From NCBI GenBank assembly GCA_965644295.1, contig CBFFRP010000026.1, positions 1-64,000 on the forward strand: 64,000 nucleotides of DNA, given 5' to 3'. Shown here piece by piece: positions 1 to 11,244 of this stretch. This stretch comes from Paraphysomonas bandaiensis. Taxonomy: Eukaryota > Protista > Chrysophyceae. The position numbers were made by a program, and so were the translations under genes. Each line of letters starts with the position of its first letter. Position 1 is the stretch's first letter. The notes beneath the pieces are model-generated. The model made no database searches and had not been told where the DNA came from. It saw only the letters and a program-made list of their open reading frames with translations.

Positions 1-5
1 GGTAG

Positions 6-645
6 TGTCACGCAGCAGTATACACTGCGTGTATTTGTATATAGAATACTGTGCTGTATATAGTGTGTATATATCGTATATATCTGGAGCAGTATATGGT
101 ATATATATGATATGCATAAGCATATAGAGGTTGTCATATACAGGGTATATTCACTGTATTTGGGACTTACCTTTTTCAGTTTACGACATTCGAGGTTTTT
201 AGTTTAGTAGCTGAGATACGTTTTTCAGTTTCTGATGGCGATTCACATTCGATTTGGACTGAAGTCCAGAACTTCGAAGTTTTAGTACAAAATACGTGAT
301 TTCGTAGATAGTCGAAGTTTTCGTATGTGAATATTGGTTTTAGTACGTGAATATTGTTTTTCGAGTGTGAAGTGTTGATCGTAGTGTAGTGTTGATCTAC
401 GTTGAACGAGATGGGTGTTTGCTCATTCTTGTCACTGACTTTATAATTTACTTTTCTTAAAGAGCACCTACGGTTTGTTAGTGTTTCTGGCAGTGCGCCC
501 GTCGTTGCGCCCTGGACAGTATCGCAGCCCGCTGGCGGATACTATTTTGGTGGGTTGTAGAGTCTAGACAAGAGATCATCTTTTCTTGGTCCATTCAGAG
601 TTGAGTCACGGTTTGTGAGTCATCTGCGGGCACAGAAAAGTTACA
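6..645 (+). repeat. 5' LTR (640 bp)
   Basis: No differences from 5958-6597 seen by eye; TG...CA termini. Confidence 0.95.
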
Positions 646-742
646 GTAATATTACTTAGCTTAGCTTAGCAGTATATTTGTACCAAGTTAATATATATTG
701 AGCCCAAGAGATAAGTGTGTTTAGTTTTCGTGTGATTGAGCC

Positions 743-1804
743 ATGGAGCCTCAAGGCTTCCAAGACATGGTCAACATGTTCAGTCAACAATTTCAGCAAC
801 TAAGAGACGAGCTTCGGGATGAGATTCAACAGCAAAATCAGCAGCTTCGGGACGATATTCAGCAGCAGTTGCAGGAGCAAAATCAGCAGCTTCGGGAGGA
901 CATGCATCAGCTTAACCAGCAACAGCTAAGGCAGGAGGAGAATTTCAATGAGTTTCGAGTGGAAATTACTCAACGTCTTACAGCAGTCGAAGAGATAAGA
1001 TCTCGGAGGACTTCACCAGTAGCTTCAGTTGTTTCCAAAGAAAAAGTTTCACCTCTTCCTGTAAAGGAAATTTCCCAAATTCCATTTGATGATTCAAAAG
1101 TCAAGGAAGTTGTTTGCGTTGTGAATCAGCCTTCGGATGTTCATATTGAGAGTATCAATTCTGCCAAGGTGGAGCCTTTGTTAATGCAAGATATTGTTGT
1201 CTCTGATATTATGGAATTACCTGCTGAGGTGGAGAATAGTTTTTCAGTGTTTCCTGATTCTTATGATAAGGATTCAAATTCCCCTCAGAACGTGGACTCA
1301 GTCGTGGAATGCCCTGTTATGTGTGTCAAGGAACAGTGCATTAGCCCCGTGCATGTTGAGTCAGATGTTGTGATACTTGTTGAGGAGATGATAAGCAATG
1401 TTGTCTCAAAGATTGATCAGGAGCAGCAGATCGATGGACCTGTTGTGCAATTCAATGGTTGTTCTTCTGTACCGGTTGTTTCAGTGAATCAGCTTTCACA
1501 TGAGGAACCTACTGTCAAGGACGATATTGGCTGTGATTCATCTGTTGTCTCAATCGTTCAATTAGCAATGTCAAATGCCATGGTTGCTAGTGGTACATTG
1601 ATTCCATTAAGTTATTGTGCAGTGCTAGGACAGATTATGGAAGAGCATGTTGTGTTGTCATTGAGTCAGCTTGAAGTGGTCAGTTTTATTTACTGTAAGA
1701 TGATGGTTGAGAAACTAAGCGTGTGTTTTAAAGAACTTGTGTTGTGCGATGAGCATGGTCCTGGACCGCCTATTGCCAAATCGGTGTGTCTTTTTCAATT
1801 CTAA
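743..1804 (+). CDS. ORF1 of the LTR element (gag position); N-terminal Q/E-rich coiled coil followed by a V/S/E-rich region
   Basis: 353-aa ATG ORF just inside the 5' LTR. No CCHC knuckle or recognisable capsid motif. Confidence 0.6.
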   Translation: MEPQGFQDMVNMFSQQFQQLRDELRDEIQQQNQQLRDDIQQQLQEQNQQLREDMHQLNQQQLRQEENFNEFRVEITQRLTAVEEIRSRRTSPVASVVSKEKVSPLPVKEISQIPFDDSKVKEVVCVVNQPSDVHIESINSAKVEPLLMQDIVVSDIMELPAEVENSFSVFPDSYDKDSNSPQNVDSVVECPVMCVKEQCISPVHVESDVVILVEEMISNVVSKIDQEQQIDGPVVQFNGCSSVPVVSVNQLSHEEPTVKDDIGCDSSVVSIVQLAMSNAMVASGTLIPLSYCAVLGQIMEEHVVLSLSQLEVVSFIYCKMMVEKLSVCFKELVLCDEHGPGPPIAKSVCLFQF

Positions 1805-3780
1805 GTTCAACCTGTTGGAATAATGAAATGTGGTTGTACCAGATGTTGATGTTGTATTACTAATGGAGTTACATTATCATCAGTGTGCCTATTCATTTCA
1901 TTTCGGTTTGGATGTGAGATAGTATTGTATTGTAACGAATGTCTTCATGAGTTTCTTTCTCAGAGGATTCGTTGTGCAATGCTTGCGATGGAGAGATTGT
2001 ATTGTATTGTAAATATTTTGTCCGATATTTTGTCAGTTCAAATTCAGTTTGTTGTGATGAGTGTCTACACCAGAGTCAATTCGAACATATGTTGTCAGTG
2101 AATACTATGTTCTTAGAATCAAGTGTGTGTTGAGCAGAGAAGCTAGTCAACAGCAGTTTGTTGTGGAGTGTCTACATGGGGTGCAGTGTTCAAATCATTG
2201 AGTGATGTTTCATGGCGTCAATGTGAATGTGTTCGATGTGGATGCGAGAGTCAGTTGTGAATTTGTATCATATTTTATGTTCATATATATTAAGATATTG
2301 TAGAAGCAAGGCCGGTGGAGTTTTCTTTGTATTCCTGGAATGGAGAGTTCAATGAGCCTGTGTTTCAAATTGTACAGATTCGACATACGTGATATCATTT
2401 TACCTATACTATATACCGATGATACTTATATATAATACTATATATTGTATAATCGAGAGTGAGCTATTCAATATTAGCGATTGTTTCTTTTCTGGTTCAG
2501 TTTGATTTATTTGTTGTTCAATAATTTCGATGAGATATATATGATTAATGTTTTCGATTTGAGAGTCCATTACTATTGAGTTGTTCAATTGTTTGAAGTT
2601 CAGATTTGTTTTGAGAGTTGAAGTTTGTGTTTTGCAAAGTGAGGTGTCAAAGTACTAAAGTTGTATTGAGTTAGACTGAGAGTTAAGAGCGAAAATTCTG
2701 TCAGTGAGTTCAATAGTATGTTGGCCAATGATGTAACTGTCATACTGTTTAATTTCATTTCAATGATGGTTGCAAGAGGAGTTTCTGAAGTTTGTTGAAA
2801 ATGTTTCAAACGTGTTACAGATTAAATGGGAGTCATCTTGTCAAATTACGTGAATCTTCTCGTGACATTATCGTTTATAAGTTTTCCAAGCTGGATACAT
2901 TGTTCGATGATATACATAGTTCATTTTGTGGACAGTGTTGTTGCACATGTGTTTTGTATTGTGCTGCAATTGTATTGAAAGAGTTTGAATGTCTATTGCC
3001 AATTGCAATTTTGAATCAAGTGAGAGCAGATTCTTCTGTGAGGGAGTGTTTTTGATATTCATTGTTCTTCATCAGGAGTTATCTCCGATTACATTGCTTG
3101 TCAGTATGGTGGTGATATTGTGAGGTTCAGAATGTGATGCGAGTGAAAGTGATGTTTTCTTCAAAAGACAAGAGAGATGTTGTTAGTTTTTTCAACGGTT
3201 CTTTGCATTTAAACTTGAAGTGTTGAGTACAAGAAGGTTACTGAGAATATTTTGTTCGGTGGTATCTAAACTTCCAGAGTGCTATTGTGATGGTATTTGA
3301 AATGTACCTACAATTTTGAATTCCTTGATTCAAAATAAGTTGTTTGAGTTTGATGATATTATATTATATTCTTGGAATGTAAAATTCTTTCGAGGTTGTC
3401 ACTTCTCAAACAGTTCAGGGTAATGAGTGAGATCCTGTGTCAGCGATGTGATAGAAAGTCTGTTGTTCGAACTCTAATGTCAGAGAACTATCAGATGCTA
3501 TGTACTCCTGAGTTGAAAATTGATTCTATGAGTGTATCAAAACTGGTTGTTATACATTGTTCTGAGTAACTATGTGGGAATCAATGAGTCAAAGTTCAAC
3601 ATGGAAGTTCTGCAGTTAACTTGATGTTTTTTTATAATTTCCAGGTTTCCTTTTCCATGTAAGTGTTCTACAGATTTCCAGTCGACAAAAAAGGCTATCT
3701 ATGATGTGGGTATTGAGCCTGTGTGTCAATATCTCAACAAGAGAATGTACTTGATTTCTTTCTATGGTTTCTAAAATTTT
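1805..3780 (+). pseudogene. Decayed pol (protease/RT/N-terminal RNase H) region
   Basis: Stop-rich in all frames. Possible relics are FSKLD..FDDI (~2880-2915) and DFQSTKKAIYDVGIEPVCQ..LISFYG (3661-3774, connection/RNase H-like, lacking TDAS), which is frameshifted relative to KFSDLAFKWST. Confidence 0.5.
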
Positions 3781-5900
3781 CAGATCTTGCTTTCAAATGG
3801 TCAACTATAGACAAGGAATGTTTTGGTATATTCTATTCTATCTTTAAGTTGTCGTACTACTTGAGAGGAAAACACTTTACGATTATGACGGATCAAGCAA
3901 ATCTAAAGTGGATGGAAATTTCAGTAGTTGACCGAATAGTTCGAATGAGAATGTTCATGCAAAACTTTGATATGGATTTGTTACATTTCAAAGGTAAACT
4001 AAATCGTTTCGCGGATTGGTTATCAAGAATGGGACAGGAGAGAGCAGCTTCTTGTGTCATGTTGTTAGATCTGTGTCTTCAAGATTCATGTTCAGATATT
4101 GAATTGTGTCTAGGAGTGGAGTATGAGAATTCTAGTCTGTTGTCGGAAGACCAACTTTTTATGTATGATGAGAGTGGTATGTTGTCAGCGGAGGCAGATG
4201 ATCTTGCTTGTGTTTCAGAATTCCCAGAGGAACTAGTCAAAGCCTTGGATGAGTTAGCTAGTCAGAATTTACAGCCAAAGTCTCTAAAAGAAGCTTTTGA
4301 TCTAGTACACAATGGTAGAATGGGTCATCACGGAGCTAAGAGAACATGGTTGAAACTTAGTAAGGTATTTCCGGGTCATACCTTGACAACAGAAATTATC
4401 CAAGATTTTATTGATCGATGTCCTATTTGTCAAAAGTTAGGTTATGATATGAGTACATCGTTGCAAGCACCGATAAGAGCATTAAATCTTGATAATTGCA
4501 GACATTTTGTGGGTTTCGATACATTGACTGTTACTCCGGTAGATGCTAATGGTTATTGTTGTATTCATGTGGTGAAACAATTACCATCTCGCCTAGTAGG
4601 AATATATCCAGCTCGTAATTACTCAGCAGAGGGAGTGGCACGTGCTTTGTTCAGTTACTTTGTCACATATGGAATTTCTGAAGTGATGGTATCGGATCCA
4701 GGTTCGAATATCACAGCTAGGGTTGTTCAGTTACTCCTGAAATGGTTTGGAGTCCGCTTTAGAATGTCGTTAGTGAATAGACATGAGTCCAACATGGTGG
4801 AACGAAGTAATCGGGAATTATTGCGTTTTCTTAGTGCATTGGTTCATGACGAAAGATTAGAAAATTGGAGTGACCCAGAATGCTATTTGTTGATACAATT
4901 CATTCTCAACGATGAAATTTCAAGTGAGACGGGTCTTTCACCTTTTGAGTTTACGTTTGGAACAATGGATTCAAAGTATTTTCATATCCCTGACAGTTCT
5001 TCAGATGAATTTGCTTCTTCGACTTATATTTCCAATTTCAATGATAACCTTAAAGCTATCAGGAAAATTGCGTGTGAAGTTCAGAAGAAAATTCAGAATA
5101 AACGTATGTCCAAAACCCCAGCAGAGAAAATGACTCAATATCAACCAGGCCAGCTTGTTTTGTTTAAACTGGATGTAACGAAACATAAGCCGTCCAAATT
5201 ATATCCTCGATTCAAAGGACCGTATGAAGTAGTATCCACGTACAAGGCCGATGTTATTTGTACTCATTTTGTAATGCGGTTTGATGTAACGTTACATATG
5301 TCCTGGTTGAAGCCATTCTTTGGTAGCAAGGAGGAGGCTTTTCGCATAGCAATGATTGACTATAGGCAATTTTCTCTTGACAAAGTGGTGGCTTATAGAG
5401 GGGACCCCGAAAAAAGAACTACTATGGATTTCAGAGTTCTCTTCTCCGATCAATCGTTGTTGTGGATGCCATACTCTACTGATCTTGCGACAAGTGAAGC
5501 TTTTCATGAATATATTTTCAGTGTCCCTGAATTGTTTCCCTTACGTTTTTCTGCAAAGGAAGCAGTGCAACAGAAGACTAAACTCAAGAAGTGTGTTATA
5601 TCCACTGTCATACCTGGAGACGCTGTCTTTGTTAATCTTCGAGCGTGGGGTGCAGACTTCTATGACGCTTTAGAATTACCTAATGCATATGATACTCTTT
5701 ATGTAGTTCAATGTGTCTATAAGCGTTGGGCGGGCCGCAAAAGGATCACTATTGATGTGTATTGTTCTCTCTTTAACTCTACTTTTGAATGGTCAGCCTA
5801 TGATGTCCAGAACTATGGAACTACACGAGATTTTAACCCTGACACCATGGTTCTGGTAGACTCCGCCTTCTGTGCCAGATTTCCCAATATCCTCTCTTAA
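3723..5900 (+). CDS. pol 3' part: RNase H C-terminal half + integrase (HHCC, DDE core, GPY/F) + chromodomain-like tail
   Basis: WSTIDKEC, TDQANL and NRFADWLSR (RNase H); HNGRMGH..CPIC (HHCC); GFDTL, SDPGS and VERSN (DDE core); KLYPRFKGPY (GPY/F); LDKVVAYRG..FRVLFSD..LWMP (chromodomain-like). True start uncertain. Confidence 0.92.
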   Translation: MSISQQENVLDFFLWFLKFSDLAFKWSTIDKECFGIFYSIFKLSYYLRGKHFTIMTDQANLKWMEISVVDRIVRMRMFMQNFDMDLLHFKGKLNRFADWLSRMGQERAASCVMLLDLCLQDSCSDIELCLGVEYENSSLLSEDQLFMYDESGMLSAEADDLACVSEFPEELVKALDELASQNLQPKSLKEAFDLVHNGRMGHHGAKRTWLKLSKVFPGHTLTTEIIQDFIDRCPICQKLGYDMSTSLQAPIRALNLDNCRHFVGFDTLTVTPVDANGYCCIHVVKQLPSRLVGIYPARNYSAEGVARALFSYFVTYGISEVMVSDPGSNITARVVQLLLKWFGVRFRMSLVNRHESNMVERSNRELLRFLSALVHDERLENWSDPECYLLIQFILNDEISSETGLSPFEFTFGTMDSKYFHIPDSSSDEFASSTYISNFNDNLKAIRKIACEVQKKIQNKRMSKTPAEKMTQYQPGQLVLFKLDVTKHKPSKLYPRFKGPYEVVSTYKADVICTHFVMRFDVTLHMSWLKPFFGSKEEAFRIAMIDYRQFSLDKVVAYRGDPEKRTTMDFRVLFSDQSLLWMPYSTDLATSEAFHEYIFSVPELFPLRFSAKEAVQQKTKLKKCVISTVIPGDAVFVNLRAWGADFYDALELPNAYDTLYVVQCVYKRWAGRKRITIDVYCSLFNSTFEWSAYDVQNYGTTRDFNPDTMVLVDSAFCARFPNILS

Positions 5901-5957
5901 TTTTGAATTTTCCTAATTTCCGGAATCTCTTATCCGTTGGAAGGAAAAAGAGGGTAG

Positions 5958-6597
5958 TGTCACGCAGCAGTATACACTGCGTGTATTTGTATATAGAATA
6001 CTGTGCTGTATATAGTGTGTATATATCGTATATATCTGGAGCAGTATATGGTATATATATGATATGCATAAGCATATAGAGGTTGTCATATACAGGGTAT
6101 ATTCACTGTATTTGGGACTTACCTTTTTCAGTTTACGACATTCGAGGTTTTTAGTTTAGTAGCTGAGATACGTTTTTCAGTTTCTGATGGCGATTCACAT
6201 TCGATTTGGACTGAAGTCCAGAACTTCGAAGTTTTAGTACAAAATACGTGATTTCGTAGATAGTCGAAGTTTTCGTATGTGAATATTGGTTTTAGTACGT
6301 GAATATTGTTTTTCGAGTGTGAAGTGTTGATCGTAGTGTAGTGTTGATCTACGTTGAACGAGATGGGTGTTTGCTCATTCTTGTCACTGACTTTATAATT
6401 TACTTTTCTTAAAGAGCACCTACGGTTTGTTAGTGTTTCTGGCAGTGCGCCCGTCGTTGCGCCCTGGACAGTATCGCAGCCCGCTGGCGGATACTATTTT
6501 GGTGGGTTGTAGAGTCTAGACAAGAGATCATCTTTTCTTGGTCCATTCAGAGTTGAGTCACGGTTTGTGAGTCATCTGCGGGCACAGAAAAGTTACA
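5958..6597 (+). repeat. 3' LTR (640 bp)
   Basis: Direct repeat of 6-645, preceded by the PPT at 5941-5957. Confidence 0.95.
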
Positions 6598-6990
6598 GAC
6601 GCCTTAAAAAATATTTTCATACCTACTACATATATGCTAGTCTGTAGCCTATTGGATTTAGTTAAATCCCATATATTTGGTGTTTGAAATTTTGTTCTGA
6701 CTATATATGTTACTGATGCACACTATAGTAACCCCCAGTAAATTTAGAAGGCAATTCATTTCATTGTTATTAACTTGATTATTAACTAATTAACAGTTGT
6801 GTCATCATCATTATTTCCAATATTTTCAACATATTTTCATCATTAATACTTGCATTTATATACATATATATATATACATCATCATGTATGTCTATTCTTG
6901 TAGTATAGACACCATCATCATAAAATTAAACAAAAGGTGGAGTAATCTCTCAGCATCACCACAAGAGGGGAATTACCTGTGGTCATTATC

Positions 6991-7265
6991 AGCAGGAACA
7001 ATATCACTCGTGGCATCCGACGATACAACTGGAGCAATACAAGTGGAAATAACTCCAGATGCTTCAGAAGTAGATGCAGCATCAGTACAACTACTAGCAG
7101 GCACAATATATCACTCGTGGCATCCAACGATACAACTGGGGCAATACAAGTGGAAATAACTCCAGATGTTTTAGAAGTAGATGCAGCATCAGTACAACTA
7201 CTAGCAGCAACAATATCACTCGTGGCATCCGACGATACAACTGGGGCAATACCAGTGGAAATAGC
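6991..7265. repeat. ~105-bp tandem repeat (~2.6 copies) within a degenerate, probably minus-strand coding relic
   Basis: Units start at 6991, 7096 and 7203 (ACAATATCACTCGTGGCATCC...). The 105-bp period equals 35 codons; copy 2 has an extra TA. Confidence 0.85.
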
Positions 7266-8489
7266 AGGAACGGTCTTACAATGTGTTCGCTTTGAGGGAA
7301 CTGTTGTTGCGAGGACTGGTTTTCCCTAACCCTAATCGAATAGTTTGCGTTTTCCATTTATGATATTCTCCTGTCTCAAATCACCGGTGTCTATCCATGC
7401 TGATGGAACCACTTGCACAGTCTCCCACACAGGTCGCCTTGATTTCTTGGAGACAGGAGGCTTCACAATATTATTATTTTATAATAGTGTAAAACTACTT
7501 CATAAAAAAGTTTTGAAGGAATTGTAGTTTCAAGGTATCTTGATGCGCACGCTCAAGTCGAGTTGCCTGGTCTTGGACCACTTATAACTGCTATCATCAT
7601 GCCTGTTGTTGTTTAACTGTAACGCAGTAGCAGACGGCGTATATGCATTGCTTTCAGAGGACGACGTTGTCCCGTGAGATACAGGATTCATTATGCCAAT
7701 ATGAGGTGCATTAGACATATTGCAGGCATGTTCCGAGGCATGGTGGGTTCTACATGATGGGACATTGTAGAGACATTTTGAGATGCAGGTGATATATATA
7801 TGAGGCATATCAGTAAATATTTTGCTATCAACAACGTCCTTGGCAGCAACATCATGACTAGCACAGCAGGCCACAGCAAGCTGCTGCTGTTGCATGGCAG
7901 CTATCTACTCTCTGTGCTCTTGCTCCTTCTTTCGCAGCGGCAACTCCAATGCCTCCAACGTAGAATTTGCCTTATCGGCTGTGATGTCAATGGCATGATT
8001 CTGATATGACAAAAGTTATTAGTATTTCCAAGCTATATATATCAGGCGTATTCATGCCGCTGTGTTCTTGGACATTCCAGCTGCTCCTTTTGCTTGTTGA
8101 TTCCCTTAACTTCCTGCTTTTTCTCTTGGCACTCCCATTCGTGGTACCTCGTTTCCCTCTACAGGGGTTATGCGTTTCTTTGGTGTGGGAAAGACATCAC
8201 CGTGTGTGGAATATTGGTAGAGTATGCAATGTGGTTGTGTATATATAGTGTACATACTATATAGCAACATATAATATATGTATATCCGATACATGTTTAG
8301 GTTATTATATAACCATTCTAATGCCTTTAAAATATTATAATCAAAATGCATTAAAAACGTATCAATGCAACACCTACTACACTAGTTTAAACTAAACGCT
8401 GTCTAATTTTAGTCAGCAGTATCATTTGCAATAGTTTCCCAGGTTTCGACCGTTTCACCAGGTTTTATACCCAGGTCGACTTTTAACCT

Positions 8490-8640
8490 CCTTAAGGTGA
8501 ACAGCCCGGATGCTTAACTTCATTAGGTAGTCCACAATACCCCGGTCACCCTTGAGGTGGGCTCTGTCCCGGATGCCCTTAAGCTGGGCCCATTCCCGTA
8601 TGCCTGTTTATTCGTCAGGGCCTATATACACAAGTGACAC
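8490..8640 (+). repeat. Dispersed repeat family B, partial copy
   Basis: CCTTAAGGTGAA..GCCCG..CTTGAGGTGGGC..CCCATTCCCG..TGCCTGTTTATTCGTCA, shared with copies at 16.9, 22.7 and 52.5 kb. Confidence 0.85.
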
Positions 8641-8899
8641 CGAACTATTGGATAGTCACCGAACTATTCGACATGTTGTTCCTAAAGAAAGACTTGTTTT
8701 ATTAAACTGGAACCATGCACATTTTCTCAGCTATGATTAGCAGATTATGAAGTACAGTATGATGTAAGCTGAATTATCGGCTTTAAGTGGCCGTTGCTAT
8801 ACGTTAGCACTTTGTGAGCAAAAATAGATTATTGACCCGTTCTGTTGCTCAGATTTATATAATATATAAATAAAATTCTTCAGTCAGCTCAAAAAATTA

Positions 8900-9100
8900 A
8901 GAAACGAAGAGTTGAAATATCTATGTAGAGGTGCACGAGTCATGTTTTATGTACTTCCAATACATGTGAACGCCTGTTCAGCGCAGCTAAACTTATTATA
9001 TCAGTCTTGCGCAAAAGTATGCATCCTACTACACTTAAAATACTGTTGTTTCGACAGTTGTGGCCGGATACTAGCATATTTCAATTAATTCTGTGAATGA
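8900..9100 (+). pseudogene. hAT-like transposase C-terminal (dimerisation domain) remnant
   Basis: From 8941 the frame reads HVLCTSNTCERLFSAAKLIISVLRKSMHPTTLKILLF, matching the hAT C-terminal S..ERLFS.A...R..L.P..L pattern. Confidence 0.75.
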
Positions 9101-9639
9101 TAATGGTGATGTTGACGTCACCGATGATGGCTCAGAGGATGAGGACGAGGTGGACTTGTATTAGCTATAAGCAGTAGTTGGTTTGGTCGTCATTGCTCTT
9201 AATGACTAATACTAAAAACAGAATCTACGGTTTTGTTTACTTACCGATTAGTCATACTAATATATATATTGCTTGTATTGTTGGGCCTGTTTAAAATCTC
9301 CATCAATAGTATTGTTGGAACGCTCTCTAACAATAGTATTGCAATATATTGTTTTCTAGTCCTATATATATATATATACGCTAATGAGTATTATTATGAA
9401 GGTATTATACCTCTAACCTCTCTCTAATGTTCACATATACAGCTGGATATGCACTGTTTCTTACTGGAAAATATATACGCAATAACTTTCGGCAGAGATA
9501 CAAAGAATATAAAAATCTTGAAATTTAGATCAGCTTTACATATTGTTCATCATAATAGTCTTGGATTCATAATCATATCAAATAAATAGGAAAGGCACGC
9601 AAACGACGACGAGCACAGACAGGTACTTCCAGTACTCTT

Positions 9640-10714
9640 CTAGACGGTAGATTTCTTATTTTTAGACGGTGAAAAAATTTTCACCAATATTTTATCGACA
9701 AGGTTGGGGAATAGTTTTCTCATGAGGAGGATGGGGGTGTACCAGTAAGGTGTTACGCGAAGTGGGGTGCGCGACTCCGCTGCCTTGGCAATATCCTCTG
9801 CACATTCCTTGGCAGAAATCATTTTCACACCAGGGAGGGACTTTTGAGACGCGGCTTTGCCTGACAGATGGGCATTACATGCAACAATCATGTACAAGTA
9901 AATAACAACAGTCATTGAACGGGATATAATGCGAAGTGTGCGACTGATACCTATAGGCTTGCCATCTCTGCCCAGCCCGCCGCCAGAGGTGATTTCCGTC
10001 TTGACAAACCCAGGACATACGATAGTTACACTTACCTACAAAGTTAAGGTAAGACTGAAAAATATAGGCACGTAGAGTTCTAAATTTTAAGGTACATGAT
10101 ACTGATTCATTTTCGCTTACCTCTGACCCTTTTGAAAGGAGTTCCATACGAAGACTTTCAAAGAAACCGAGAAGTGCATACTTAGAGGCGTTGTAAAGCG
10201 TTTGACGGGGAAATGGCATAAGGCCCCCAAGAGAGGATACGACCACAATACGACCATTGGTGGAGTGAAGATACGGAAGTGCGGAGATGGTTGGGAAGAC
10301 AGCACCGTAGTAGTTTACATCCATATACTGGTGGATATTCACATCCGGACTCATTGCTTCCAAAAAAAAAGACTGGCCTACCCCAGCATTTAATATCAAC
10401 ATGTCAATCTGTCCGAATATATCGACAGTTTTAGCTATAAGTTGTTTGCAGTCTCCCTCTTTAGATACATCACAAGAAATCACTTCAGCTCGCTCGGCTC
10501 CGATGTCTATGCATTGTCGGGCGACATCATGCAGCTTTTCAGCTCTTCGTGCTGATAGAACAACATTAGCGCCTTTAGATGAAAACAGTTTTCCCAGTTC
10601 TTCTCCGATTCCGCTGGAAGCGCCAGATATTACAACAACTTTTCCTTTCATATTGCTGAAGCTTCGTATACAGCATCTTTTGGTTAAAGCGATACTGAAA
10701 GAAGTTCTAATCAT
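9640..10714 (-). CDS. Short-chain dehydrogenase/reductase (DHRS7/HSD11B1-like), spliced
   Basis: ISGASSGIG, LNAG, VVVSS and catalytic YNASK motifs. GT-AG introns near 10.05-10.12 kb and 9.87-9.95 kb. Start codon inferred. Confidence 0.9.
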
Positions 10715-11244
10715 CGATAACAGTATATTCTTGTATCTCTGGGACCTGTGATTGTTGCGGGTATACTGGATGATGTAATGGATGCATGTATCATCAGCAA
10801 GCCGACTAAGAAATGATCGCGAGTGAATCGAATGATACACTCCTCCATGCAGATGTATACCAGTGTATTATCCTCTGAAAAAAACAGCGGACCGGATTTG
10901 ATCTCTTCGACTCGTCCTCAAAACACTGTACTCCATCTTCCTACATCCATTTGGACATGATGCTGGATTTCGTCCCAAAGATTTTTCGAAAACCCCATTC
11001 CGGTATTCTGGTATTGGGTATTTTTATTATGCGTGTATTCGCAAATAAAAAGCAAGTCCAATAAAAACTACTCCAGCAGGGTGATGACATGCATATTTTT
11101 GCTTCTATTTCGTCCATGGACAATAAAATTCAATTTTGCATAGTCGATTGACTGTGCATTGTATTCATTCCCTAGCGAGGCCTACAGGGGTAGCGATATA
11201 ATAGACAGCAGTTGCAAGAGAACACTTCATGATTAGAGGATAGC

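Larger units (their letters stand above)
6..6597 (+). mobile_element. Ty3/Gypsy (chromovirus-like) LTR retrotransposon, non-autonomous (PR/RT decayed)
   Basis: Two 640-bp direct repeats (6-645, 5958-6597) with TGTCAC...GTTACA ends. A polypurine tract (AAGGAAAAAGAGGGTAG) precedes the right LTR. Domain order is RNaseH-integrase-GPY/F-chromodomain. Confidence 0.95.

Noticed and set aside
4700-4712. tRNA T-loop motif GGTTCGAAT
   Set aside because: Lies inside the integrase CDS with no cloverleaf; no tRNA or rRNA genes were recognised in the window.
7324-7335. Telomere or chromosome end
   Set aside because: Only two TTAGGG units, interstitial.
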